Assembly: GCA_038087875.1 (NCBI GenBank)
Contig: JAXLNO010000062.1
Span: forward strand, 248,001-312,000
Direction: 5' to 3'
DNA length: 64,000 bases
From: Malacoraja senta
Taxonomy: Eukaryota
Shown piece by piece: positions 26,270 to 36,975 of the stretch. The translations under genes and the position numbers were made by a program. The notes beneath the pieces are model-generated. The model was not told the DNA's origin, did not search any database, and saw only the letters and a program-made list of their open reading frames with translations. How positions within the stretch are numbered: position 1 is the first letter of the stretch; every line of letters begins with the position of its first letter.

Positions 26270-26822
26270 CTGTAAGAAAACACGTATCACCATTTAAATA
26301 ATGAGAAGGAAGAAGGGTCACGACCCGAAACGTCACCCATTCTTTCTCTCCAGAGATGCTGCCTGTCCCGCTGACTTATTCCAGCTTTGTGTGTCTATCT
26401 TCGGTTTAAACCAGCAACTGCAGTTCCTTCTTACACAAGAGAATGAAGCATCTCTAACCAAATAACCCTTCCATTCTCTGTCTCTCTCTCTCTCTGTCTC
26501 TCCACCACCCTAGTCCTCTTGCTAATTTCACCATTTGTATTCCTTCATTATCACCTCATCCCCAGCCAACCATGGACCATTGTCAGCTCCATCCTCCCCG
26601 AGTCATCGATGCAGGCTCTGCTTTGTTAAGTACCTCCCCATACCTCTAATTTCCCCCTCCCTGACTCTCAGTCTGATGAAGGGTCTTGATCCGAAACATC
26701 ACCTATTCTTTTCTCCAGAGATGCTGCCTGGCCTGCTGACTCCAGCATTTTGTGTCTATCTTCGGTGTAAACCAGCATCCCCAGTTCCTTCTTACCCAAT
26801 TAAAATCATACCATACACACAC

Positions 26823-26940
26823 CATTTTGTGCCTCGACGTGTTGTAGCCAGTTCACTTTCAGGTGTAACTGTTCGCTCTCCTCTTCCAAGTCAACCGCTA
26901 TGTCTTTGAGCTCCAGCATCTCCTGCCGTGAAGGTACAAT
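26823..26940 (-). pseudogene. Giantin-like exon (IVPSRQEMLELKDIAVDLEEESEQLHLKVNWLQHVEAQN)
   Basis: 118 bp, cccag acceptor, G|gtgtgt donor, phase 0-1. Confidence 0.75.
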
Positions 26941-27251
26941 CTGGGTAGAAATAAGTTTAGTGTCAATTATAGCCAAGGGATTTCTATTGTTCAGTAAAAT
27001 AGTCACCATTCAAATTCTAAATTAAATATTTTGCTTTATGACTCTATAGACAGGTAAGACTAGTGTAGATGGGGCTCGTTGGTCAGTGTGGGCAAGTTGG
27101 GCTAAAGGGCCTGTTTCTGAACAGTATGACTCTCTAAATAATTTTAGCATGCATTATACTTTTAATGTGCCATTGCCGACAGCAACATTCTACCACAACT
27201 ATTTTATGATTGAATTTTCCTGCAGGCTCACGTCTATCCCATGTCACTTAA

Positions 27252-29064
27252 AGGTCTGTCTCACTGTGCGAGTTGACCCACGAGTGACCCCGAGTGAAAG
27301 ACTCGTGGTTGCGTACGAGACTACAAGTTTATGATCCAGAGTTTAACCGAGTTCCCACGGGTATGTCTACGTTTCCCGTTTACTTCTCATTTCTGCGATG
27401 TTCCAAGTTCGTCTCCCGAGTGTACCAAGTTCCTCTTCCGTTAATCTTGAGGCAACAATGTATATCGAACTGTTGAAAAATCATCACATGTTAAAAAAAA
27501 TGATGTCATGCCAGCCAAAGAACGTAGAGACTATTGTGTTTGCTGCATGTGTTCTGCACAACCTGATCCCTATCAGAGGTGCAGCTTCAGGATCAGCAAC
27601 AGCCATGCAGGACGGTGACTTAGTGGACAGTCAAACAGGGAGAATAACACTAGGTGCGTGGAGGAGTGGTACAAACGACGAGACTTTGGTGCCACTGCAG
27701 TGTTTTCGAGGTAACACGGGGACCAACAATGCAAAAGAGCAGAGAGACCATCTCTGCTCCTACTATAATTCAAAATTGGGCAGTGTGCCGTGGCAGGACA
27801 GCTTATTTTGAGCGGCTGCCGACCACAGGTACATCACTGCATGAGGAGAGCCCACATGCAGAAGAATCCAGTTAATTTCATGTTTAGTTTAAATCCTGCT
27901 GACTTTTCATTGTTTAACTTTAAGTGTGGATTTTATTTTTTATTGTGGTGTAAAAGTAATTTCATTGCATCTGTCTTTCCTTTAAAACGTGGTTATCATG
28001 CATCTGCTTATCTGATTGTAGATCTCAAAACTTGTCATTTAGCGCATTGCATTGTATCTTTTATTGCCTGAATTTAGACTTGTGCATTTCTCAGCTGAAT
28101 TAGTATATAGTGGAAATACTTTTATTTGTGCTTCATTTGTTGATTTTCATTTATGAGAAGCCCTTTTCAGACAGTGGTGTTTGCTGTAGTGCTACGTTTC
28201 TCAATATGCGCAAAAACGCGTTTTTTATATTGAACAAGAATAAAGACTTTGTTTCACATTCAAGACATTTGTTTCACATAAGACTTTGTCTTATTTTCTG
28301 ATCTACTGAGAGGTGACAATTTTAAACATTTAAAAAGCACAGCATATGAGGCAGTTGAGTCCTTAAATCTCACAAATGATTGTGAGAATCAAGATGTGAA
28401 TATATTTTGCCTTCCTCTATTTTGTGTTTTATGATGAAAGGAATATTACATTCAAGTCATGAGACTTTGTAGTGATATTAAAATGAAGACTTCCAGACAT
28501 CAATTTGATCTTGATAGCAAAGAACTCTCTTTTATTGTGCAATGAAGTAAACAAACAGTGAGAATCAAACGGATCAGCAAAAAGCTTTTCAACACAACAC
28601 AACACAACACAAATTTATATATAAACTTCAAGCAATTTTTTCTTTTCAACCCACTCTGTCACCTTATCAATAACTTGCTTAACTTTGTTAAGCAGAATTT
28701 GTCTTTAAAAAGTCTAAGTAACTGATATTTCTGTCCCTGATTATTGTTTCTAAAAAGAGTTCCCACGGTAGAATCACGAGTCACAAAGTTAAACGCACGG
28801 GCCACTACGTTCTTACAACGAGTTTAAAATGTTTCAAATTTTAACCACAAGAGTACATTTTACTCGTGGAAAAGTACAAACATGTTTGAACTTTTGCAAG
28901 AGTTAACAAGTTTCACGTGTACCTCCCGTTAGCACCAAGAGTTGCCAAGTTGCGTCCACGAGTTTAGACGTTTCCGCTACGTTAATTGTACGTGATTACC
29001 ACGAGTTAAATTTGTTTTAAACTCGGGGTCACTCGTGGGTCAACTCGCACAGTGAGACAGCCCT
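27252..29064 (+). mobile_element. PIF/Harbinger internal-deletion derivative with TIRs and transposase C-terminal remnant
   Basis: ~45-bp TIRs (aggtctgtctcactgtgcgagttgacccacgagtgaccccgag and its reverse complement), TTAA on both flanks, IVFAACVLHNL...GSVPWQ motif at 27500-27811. Confidence 0.85.
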
Positions 29065-29344
29065 TTAACTCTTCAGAAAGGGGTTCTACACGGAATGGAG
29101 TGAGCAGTGAAATGTAGGCAAGCACTCCTTCATACAGTTGAGCCCAGATTAAAAATCTATAATGTACATAACTAACTGTAAAAAAAAAATTGGTTCCCAC
29201 AATGCTTCAACAACTCACGGAATAACATACCATCAATTTTCCTTTTTTTTTTATAAGATAAAGTCATTTAATTCTAGGAAAATGGCAAACAGATTAATAT
29301 TCAGTTAATCGTCACCAGGCACAAGGGTTTTTTATTTGGGGTAC

Positions 29345-29460
29345 CTGTACATTCTCCAGCTCCTCTTCAATCTGCTTGATTTGCGATTTGGACTGAGCTT
29401 CCATTGTAATGAACCTGGCCTCTGATTTTTCAGCCTCTAGCATCATAAGCCTCACTTGTT
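29345..29460 (-). pseudogene. Giantin-like exon (EQVRLMMLEAEKSEARFITMEAQSKSQIKQIEEELENVQ)
   Basis: 116 bp, polypyrimidine tract plus aag acceptor, CAG|gtaccc donor, phase 1-0. Confidence 0.8.
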
Positions 29461-30909
29461 CTTTAAGAAAGAGAAAGGAAAAAACACCCGTAAAGATCTG
29501 ATATTTGTTGCAAAAAAAAGCAACACCTCCATAATTTGCAATTGTTTCCACCGCAGTTTATGGCAATCAGTGAAAATCATCTGTTCTACTAATTACCAGC
29601 ATTTGAAATCATAAAATATCCTTGAAATGCTACAATTCATTAAGCTTGAAGATTTGTAAGGCAAAATGGTAATTCCATATACATATTTATCCAATGATAA
29701 ATTCCACTAGTGAGAAAAGATTAGAAGCTTGAATAAAGCTCCACAGAAAATGTGTCTCCTCAGCAACATTTTGGAAATTAAGGTATAAAGTTACTTAATC
29801 CCAAACAAACAAAATGATCATTCTCCACTGGCTCCATTAAAACCCTTATTTTATTTTAAATTACTCCAATTAAATATCCTCTTCTGCTGCTGAATAGTCT
29901 GTCTACACCATCATTGTATCTTGTCCCTGGTTTCACCCTCTCTTCCGTAAACTGTCATGCAAACACAGCTCAAGTCTCACAGAGAGAAGACATTCATGGA
30001 GTTAATGAAATGTCCTGGTTGCTCTGTGGTCTTCTCATTAAAAGCTATTTGAAATTAAAATACTTTGATGTACCATTTCCGGCAAGGGCATTGTGAATGG
30101 TAAAATGTCTTCAAATGATTTTATTTAGAGATACAGCGTGGAAACAGGCCCTTCGACCACGTGTATGTGCTGACCAATGATCCTCGCACGCTCACATTAT
30201 CGTACACACACTAGGGATAATTTACCATCAACCCAAGTCAATTAACCTACAAACCTGTACGTCTTTGGAGTGTGAGAAAACCGGAGCACTTGGACCCACG
30301 GGGTCACAGGGAGAACATACAAACTCCATACATACAAGCACCACAGTCAGGATCAAACCCAGGTCTCTGCCGCTGAAAGGTAGCAACTCCACCGCTGCGC
30401 CACCAGGCACCCTTCACAATGTCAATGTTTTAACTATCAGCATCCTCTCAAAATTAAAATTCAGTGATAGCGAAGTTTAAAGGATTCAAGAAGAGAATGT
30501 TTTGAAAAGCATCTGTACGAGTCTGTCCAATTGACTACTGTGTGTTCCTGTCAGCCATTTGGCAGACTCTCACAAATGCTTCACAAAGAATTCTTTTCTT
30601 GAATCTTTAAACATCACTATCTTCTGATCAAGGAATCTGACCAGAATACCTGAGTGAAAAAAACTTAGATTACACACTACTTTTCCTGATCACTGAACAT
30701 ACCAACCCATTTACCAACCAATGAAGTATATTTTTAAGTGTGATCAGTGATAAAATATGGGAATTACAACAACCAATTTGCATACACAAAATCTCATAAG
30801 GTTACAGAGACGAGATAATTACACAGCAGGTGACGACAGATGTACAAATCTGCGGTAGGAACATTTATGGCCGACCAAAAATATTAACAGGTCAACTTTG
30901 AGTAATTAC

Positions 30910-31237
30910 CTTCCAGTTCTCCAATCTTCTGTTTGGTGTAATAATTTAAAGAACAAGTTGCCTGTTCTGCAAGAGGTGCACAGGCATGAGATCGTAAAAG
31001 TTGCAGATCTTTGGTAAGATGTAAACACCACTGATCTTTCTGTGATGTTTCTTCAGCATGTTTCTCACTGATTTTACGGAGCTGAGTGCTGTGTTTTCTG
31101 TTGAGATTCTTTAAATCTGCCTCGTTCTTTTCCGTCAGATTTCGGACCTTGGTTCTCATTACGTGTTTTTCAGCCAGAAGCTTGTCCTTGAGTTTTTCAT
31201 TTTCAATCTCAACCACGCTCAAATCTTCAACTAACTC
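30910..31237 (-). pseudogene. Giantin-like exon (ELVEDLSVVEIENEKLKDKLLAEKHVMRTKVR...KQKIGELE)
   Basis: 328 bp open exon, tttttag acceptor, AAG|gtaatt donor, phase 0-1, coiled coil. Confidence 0.8.
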
Positions 31238-31287
31238 CTAAAAAATTAAAAATAGCCAAATGAAACTAAAGAGACTTTCGTGAGCCT

Positions 31288-31875
31288 TATGGGCTTGTCC
31301 CACTTAGGCGATTTGTCGGGCGACTGTCAAGTTGCCGGCAGTCGCCTGAATAACCGGCAACTGGAACGGCGACTGTCAGAGTGGAACACACACATCGCTT
31401 CCTTCACCAGCCCATTATGCAGGCGGGAGACAGGGCAAGCGGGGGGAGCGCTGTCTGAGTGAAATTCACACGATGCAAAGCCAAGGTGATACAGACACAC
31501 ACCGCGATGAACAGGAAGTTTGGCGCTGTAATTAAGACGGCTAAAGCACAGTGTATGGTAAGTCCTTTAAAAGAGGGGGGGAGAAGGGGGTGAAGGAGTG
31601 GAGACACATTTTAAGAAGCCAGAGATAAACGTCTGTAAAGCTCGGCGGACATTAACATTACTGGTCGGTTATCCTTGGTTCTGAAAACTACTGCTTACAT
31701 TTTTTCCCCCCAATAAGCCAATGAAATTCACCGGTCAGCACCGGCTATAACCTACAAGAACCTTCGACCTCCTGGCAACTCATTAGGACCTCCTGGCGAC
31801 CCACCTACGGCACGAGAATTCTCGCTACTCTCCATGGCGGCGTCATTCCAGTCGCCGCAAATTTTTCAACATTCA
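31288..31875 (+). mobile_element. Harbinger-type MITE fragment
   Basis: Starts gggcttgtcccactt, the same TIR family as 53893 and 61716. Confidence 0.55.
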
Positions 31876-31877
31876 AC

Positions 31878-32240
31878 CTGGGGAGGGGGGATGTGGGGGA
31901 GAGGAGATGTGGGGGAGTGGGGGGGCTGTGGGGAGGGGGGATGGGATGTGGGGGTGGGTTGTGGGGGAGGGGGCGGTGTGGGGGAGGGGGCGGTGTGGGG
32001 GAGGGGGCTGTGTGGGGGAGGGGGCAGTGTGGCTGTGTGGGGGAGGGGGCTGTGTGGGGAGGGGGATTTGTGGGGTTGGGGGCTGTGGGGGAGGTGGAGG
32101 TGGGGGTGGGGTAGGGGGCGGTGTGGGGGAGTGAGGTGTGGGGGAGGGCGGTTTGGGGGAGGGGGCTGTGTAGGGAGGGGGAGAGGGGGTTGGCGGGGTG
32201 TGGGCGAGGGGGGGTGCTGTGGGGAGTGGGGGAGGGGGAA
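31878..32240 (+). repeat. G-rich low-complexity tract (GTGGGGGA-like units)
   Basis: Dense G4-G8 runs over ~360 bp. Confidence 0.9.
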
Positions 32241-32821
32241 TCTTCAAATCCTTCATAACTTTTGTACTATTTCATCGATCGTAACAAAACGTATTTGACT
32301 TGCAGCAGAGAAGAAAGGTGGCGAAAAAATTGTAGAACTAAATTTAATTACAACGCAGACAGGAAGTGGTCAAAATGAGAGTTTTAGTAATACATATAGA
32401 ATAGAATAGATAGAAGATAGATATAATCAGTAGTGACACTGTTGCATTATAATCAAGAGTTCATGTGTTGTTGGCATCTTAAATAGGAGATCTCTACTGA
32501 TCTTGGTCACGGCAGAAAATAATTGTGGTACAGATCAGCAATGCCAACAACCTGTCATAACCAGAATGACAATACTGCACGGCTCCACATAAACTGTGAC
32601 TCTGCACTATAACACATCATAAAAGGGTTGATTTAGATAAAAAAGAATGGGAAGATTTATACAAAAGAAAATCTTCACATATTTTCATATTTACAGATTT
32701 ATTCCAAGAGGCTCCCTGCTATTTTTATTTCACTGCCAGTTACAACAAAATCCCTAAGCTGGTTGAAGAGATCTTTCCCTGTAACAGAGATTCACACAGC
32801 AGCAAACAATGATTTCCTTAC

Positions 32822-32935
32822 CGCTAGCTCCCGATTCTTCCCATCAAGCTTTTTCTGCAACACATCCACAGGTTGTGTCCTTTCTAATAGTGCCTCTTCG
32901 TTTTCACAGAGTTTTTCCTTGAGGTTTTCCAACAA
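32822..32935 (-). pseudogene. Giantin-like 114-bp exon, copy 3 (LLENLKEKLCENEEALLERTQPVDVLQKKLDGKNRELA)
   Basis: More diverged duplicate with intact splice sites. Confidence 0.75.
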
Positions 32936-33647
32936 CTGAGGAAGTTAACAGGTGATTAATACTTTCTAACAGTGATAAATCTGGGCAACATAGAATGGAA
33001 ATCACACACACGCAACATTTGTAATTCAACTGCACCAATAGTTAGGTCTTCAATTCCACCTTGGTATAAAGACATTAAAATTAAAATTATCATTAATGAA
33101 ATCAGGGGATAAAATCATTAATTAGCATTCAATGGTTTAATGGTCCTTTATTGTCACGTGTATCACCACACAGTCATACCAAAAAAGCAACAAGACACAA
33201 AACTACATAAAGCTTAAACATAAACAGACACCACAGCGGCATGTGGGAATCCCTAGGGCACCCAGCATAAGCGGAGACCCACAGCCATCAGTTCAATGTC
33301 CGGGCCACACACACGCTCCTTCACCGACCGCTATACTCTCTCTGCAGTCCCTGTCAGCCCAATGTCAGAAAGCCGTCCACACACTCGCACCAGACTCCAG
33401 GATCACTGCTCTCACGGCAATCCCTCCAAGTCCCCACCAGGGTAGGTAGCTCGTCCATTGTGTTTTCGGCGCCCACATATTCCCCACTGTGATAGAAGGC
33501 AAATAACTTTTACCATCTTCCTCCTTTTCTCCCGCGGTCGGGGCAATCGAAGCTCCCGCAGTCGGCGATCAAAGCCCCTACAACGGAGCGATCGAGGCTC
33601 CCGCAATCGGGGCGGTCAAAGCTCCTGCAGTTGGAGCTCCCGACATC

Positions 33648-35087
33648 CCGAATGGCCTACTCCTGCACCTATTTTCTATGTTTCTACACCAGTCATTAAA
33701 AGTAGGAATGCAGGTGCAGCAGGCAGTGAAGAAAGCAAATGGTATGTTAGCATTCATAGCAAAAGGATTTGAGTATAAGAGCAGGGAGGTTCTACTGCAG
33801 TTGTACAGGGTCTTGGTGTGACCACACCTGGAGTATTGCGTACAGTTTTGGTCTCCTAATCTGAGGAAAGACATTCTTGCCATAGAGGGAGTACAGAGAA
33901 GGTTCACCAGACTGATTCCTGGGATGGCAGGACTTTCATATGAGGAAAGACTGGATAGACTTGGCTTGTACACGTTGGAATTCAGAAGACTGAGGGGGGA
34001 TCTTATGGAAACTTACAAAATTCTTAAGGGGTTGGACAGGCTAGATGCAGGAAGATTATTCCCGATGTTGGGGAAGTCCAGAACTAGGGGTCACAGTTTA
34101 AGGATAAGAGGGAAGACTTTTAGGACCGAGATGAGGAAATAATTTTTTACACAGAGAGTGGTGAATCTGTGGAATTCTCTGCCACAGAAGGTAGTTGAGG
34201 CCAGTTAATTGGCTATATTTAAGAGGGAGTTAGATGTGGCCCTTGTGGTTAAAGGGATCAGGGGGTATGGCGAGAAGGCAGGGATGGGATACTGAGTTGG
34301 ATGATCAGCCATGATCATATCAAATGGCGGTGCAGGCTCGAAGGGCTGAATGGCCTACTCCTGCACCTATTTTCTATGTTTCTATGTTTCTACACCAGTC
34401 ACTAAAAGTAGGCATGCAGGTGCAGCAGGCAGTGAAGAAGGCGAATGGTATGTTAGCATTCATAGCAAAAGGATTTGAGTATAGGAGCAGGGAGGTTCTA
34501 CTGCAGTTGTACAGGGTCTTGGTGAGACCACACCTGGAGTATTGCGTACAGTTTTGGTCTCCTAATCTGAGGAAAGACATTCTTGCCATAGAGGGAGTAC
34601 AGAGAAGGTTCATCAGACTCATTCCTGGGATGTCAGGACTTTCATATGAAGAAAGACTGGATAGAATCGGCTTGTACTCGCTAGAATTTAGAAGATTGAG
34701 GGGGGATCTTATAGAAACGTACAAAATTCTTAAGGGGTTGGACAGGCTAGATGCAGGAAGATTGTTCCCAATGTTGGGGAAGTCCAGAACAAGGGGTCAC
34801 AGTTTAAGGATAAGGGGGAAATCTTTTAGGTCCGAGATAAGGAAAACATTTTTCACACAGAGTGGTGAATCTCTGGAATTCTCTGCCACAGAAGGTAGTT
34901 GAGGCCAGTTCATTGGCTACATTTAAGAGGGAGTTAGATGTGGCCCTTGTGGCTAAAGGGATCAGGGGGTATGGACAGAAAGCAGGTGCAGGATACTGAA
35001 TTGGATGATCAGCCATGATCATATTGAATGGCGGTGCAGGCTCGAAGGGCCGAATGGCCTACTCCTGCACCTATTTTCTATGTTTCC
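33648..35087 (+). mobile_element. Two head-to-tail CR1 3' fragments (~700 bp each)
   Basis: Both start at caccagtca.taaaagtagg (HQSLKVG) directly after a CR1 tail and end in CR1 3' UTR. Confidence 0.88.
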
Positions 35088-35289
35088 ATAAAAGGGTTGA
35101 TTTAGATAAAAAGAATGGGAAGATTTATACAAAAGAAAATCTTCACATTTTTTCATATTTACTGATTTATTCCAAGAGGCTCCCTGCTATTTTTATTTCA
35201 CTGCCAGTTACAACAGAATCCCTTAGCTGGTTGCAGAGATCTTTCCCTGTAATAGAGATTCACACAACAGCAAATAATGATTTCCTTAC

Positions 35290-35403
35290 CACTAGCTCCT
35301 GATTCTTCCCATCAAGCTTTTTCTCTAACACATCCACAAGTTGTGTCCTTTCTAATAGTGCCTCTTCGTTTTCACGGAGTTTTTCCTTCAGGTTTTCCAT
35401 CAA
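35290..35403 (-). pseudogene. Giantin-like 114-bp exon, copy 2 (...KNQELV)
   Basis: Near-identical duplicate of 36862-36975 with intact splice sites. Confidence 0.75.
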
Positions 35404-36861
35404 CTGAGGAAGTTAACAAGTGATTAATACTTCCTAACAGTGATAAATCTGGGCAACATAGAATGGAAATCACACACACGCAACATTTGTAATTCAACTG
35501 CACCAATAGTTAGGTCTTCAATTCCACCTTGGTATAAAGACATTAAAATTAAAATGATCATTAATGAAATCAGGGGATAAAATCATTAATTAGCATTCAA
35601 TGGTTTAATGGTCCTTTATTGTCACGTCTACTGAGGTACAGTGAAATTTGATTTATCAACAGTAATATCTAGCGTAAAGATATTTTTAATGGTTCACTGA
35701 TCAAAAACACTTGAAGTGCAAGCATTAAAATCCATGTACAAGATGGTGTGGATGAGGGATATTCACAGGACTACTATAGCTCACAGATATGTGCCTCCTC
35801 AAGGGACACAGAGTCCTGGAATAACTCAACTGGTCAGGCAACACCTTTGGAAAAAAAAGATGGATGAAGTTTCAGGTCAGGATCCTTATTCAACTGAGTT
35901 ACTCCAGCACTTCTATCTTTGGTATAAACCAACATCTGCAGTTGTTTGTATTTACATTCTGCAGGAATACCTATTCAGTCCATCAGGTCTGTTCTGCATT
36001 TCATTAAGATCATCACTGACCTAATGTATACATTCACCCAGTTTATCATGAATCAATCCCCTCTGTCTTGAAAATATTCTACGAGTCTGCATTGTCTACA
36101 CTTAGACAAACATAGTTCCAAACTCGCATGCTGTTGTCAGAGAAACAAAAATGCTAATGCATTAAATGTGCAACCGCTTACTTCTGACGAAAGAAATTCC
36201 TCCTAATCTCTTTCCCAAAGGAACGTCCTTTAAATCTGAGGCTATGAACTCTAGTCCTAGACTCTCCCACTAGTGGATGGGAAAATGAAGAACAACTAGA
36301 CTGTTGGGTCCCAGTCACACAGGAGGCCTGGTCCCATTCCCCAACACAATCGTAGCACTAAGCAGGATGATTTTTGCTCAAATTTAATTACAACGCAGAC
36401 ACGAAGTGGTCCAGATGAGAGTTTTTGTAATATATATAGAATAGAATAGAGAGAAGATAGATATAATCAGTAGTGACACTGTTGCATTATAATTACGAGT
36501 TCATTTGTTGTTGGCATCTTAAATAGGAGATCTCTTCTGATCTTGGTCACGGCTGAACAAAATTGGTGGTACAGATCAGCAATGCCAACAACCTGTCATA
36601 ACCAGAATGATAATACTGCAAGGCTCCACATAAACGGTGACTCTGCACTATAACACATCATAAAAGGGTTGATTTAGATAAAAAGAATGGGAAGATTTAT
36701 ACAAAAGAAAATCTTCACATATTTTCATATTTACAGATTTATTCCAAGAGGCTCCCTGCTATTTTTATTTCACTGCCAGTTACAACAGAATCCCTTAGCT
36801 GGTTGCAGAGATCTTTCCCTGTAATAGAGATTCACACAGAAGCAAACAATGATTTCCTTAC

Positions 36862-36975
36862 CGCTAGCTCCTGATTCTTCCCATCAAGCTTTTTCTCCAA
36901 CACATCCACAAGTTGTGTCCTTTCTAATAGTGCCTCTTCGTTTTCACGGAGTTTTTCCTTCAGGTTTTCCATCAA
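36862..36975 (-). pseudogene. Giantin-like 114-bp exon, copy 1 in transcript order (LMENLKEKLRENEEALLERTQLVDVLEKKLDGKNQELA)
   Basis: ttcctcag acceptor, gtaagg donor, phase 0-0, open frame. Confidence 0.8.

Noticed and set aside
31834..32298. Gly-rich and Pro-rich ORFs on both strands
   Set aside because: Artefacts of the G-rich low-complexity tract; no splice or codon evidence.
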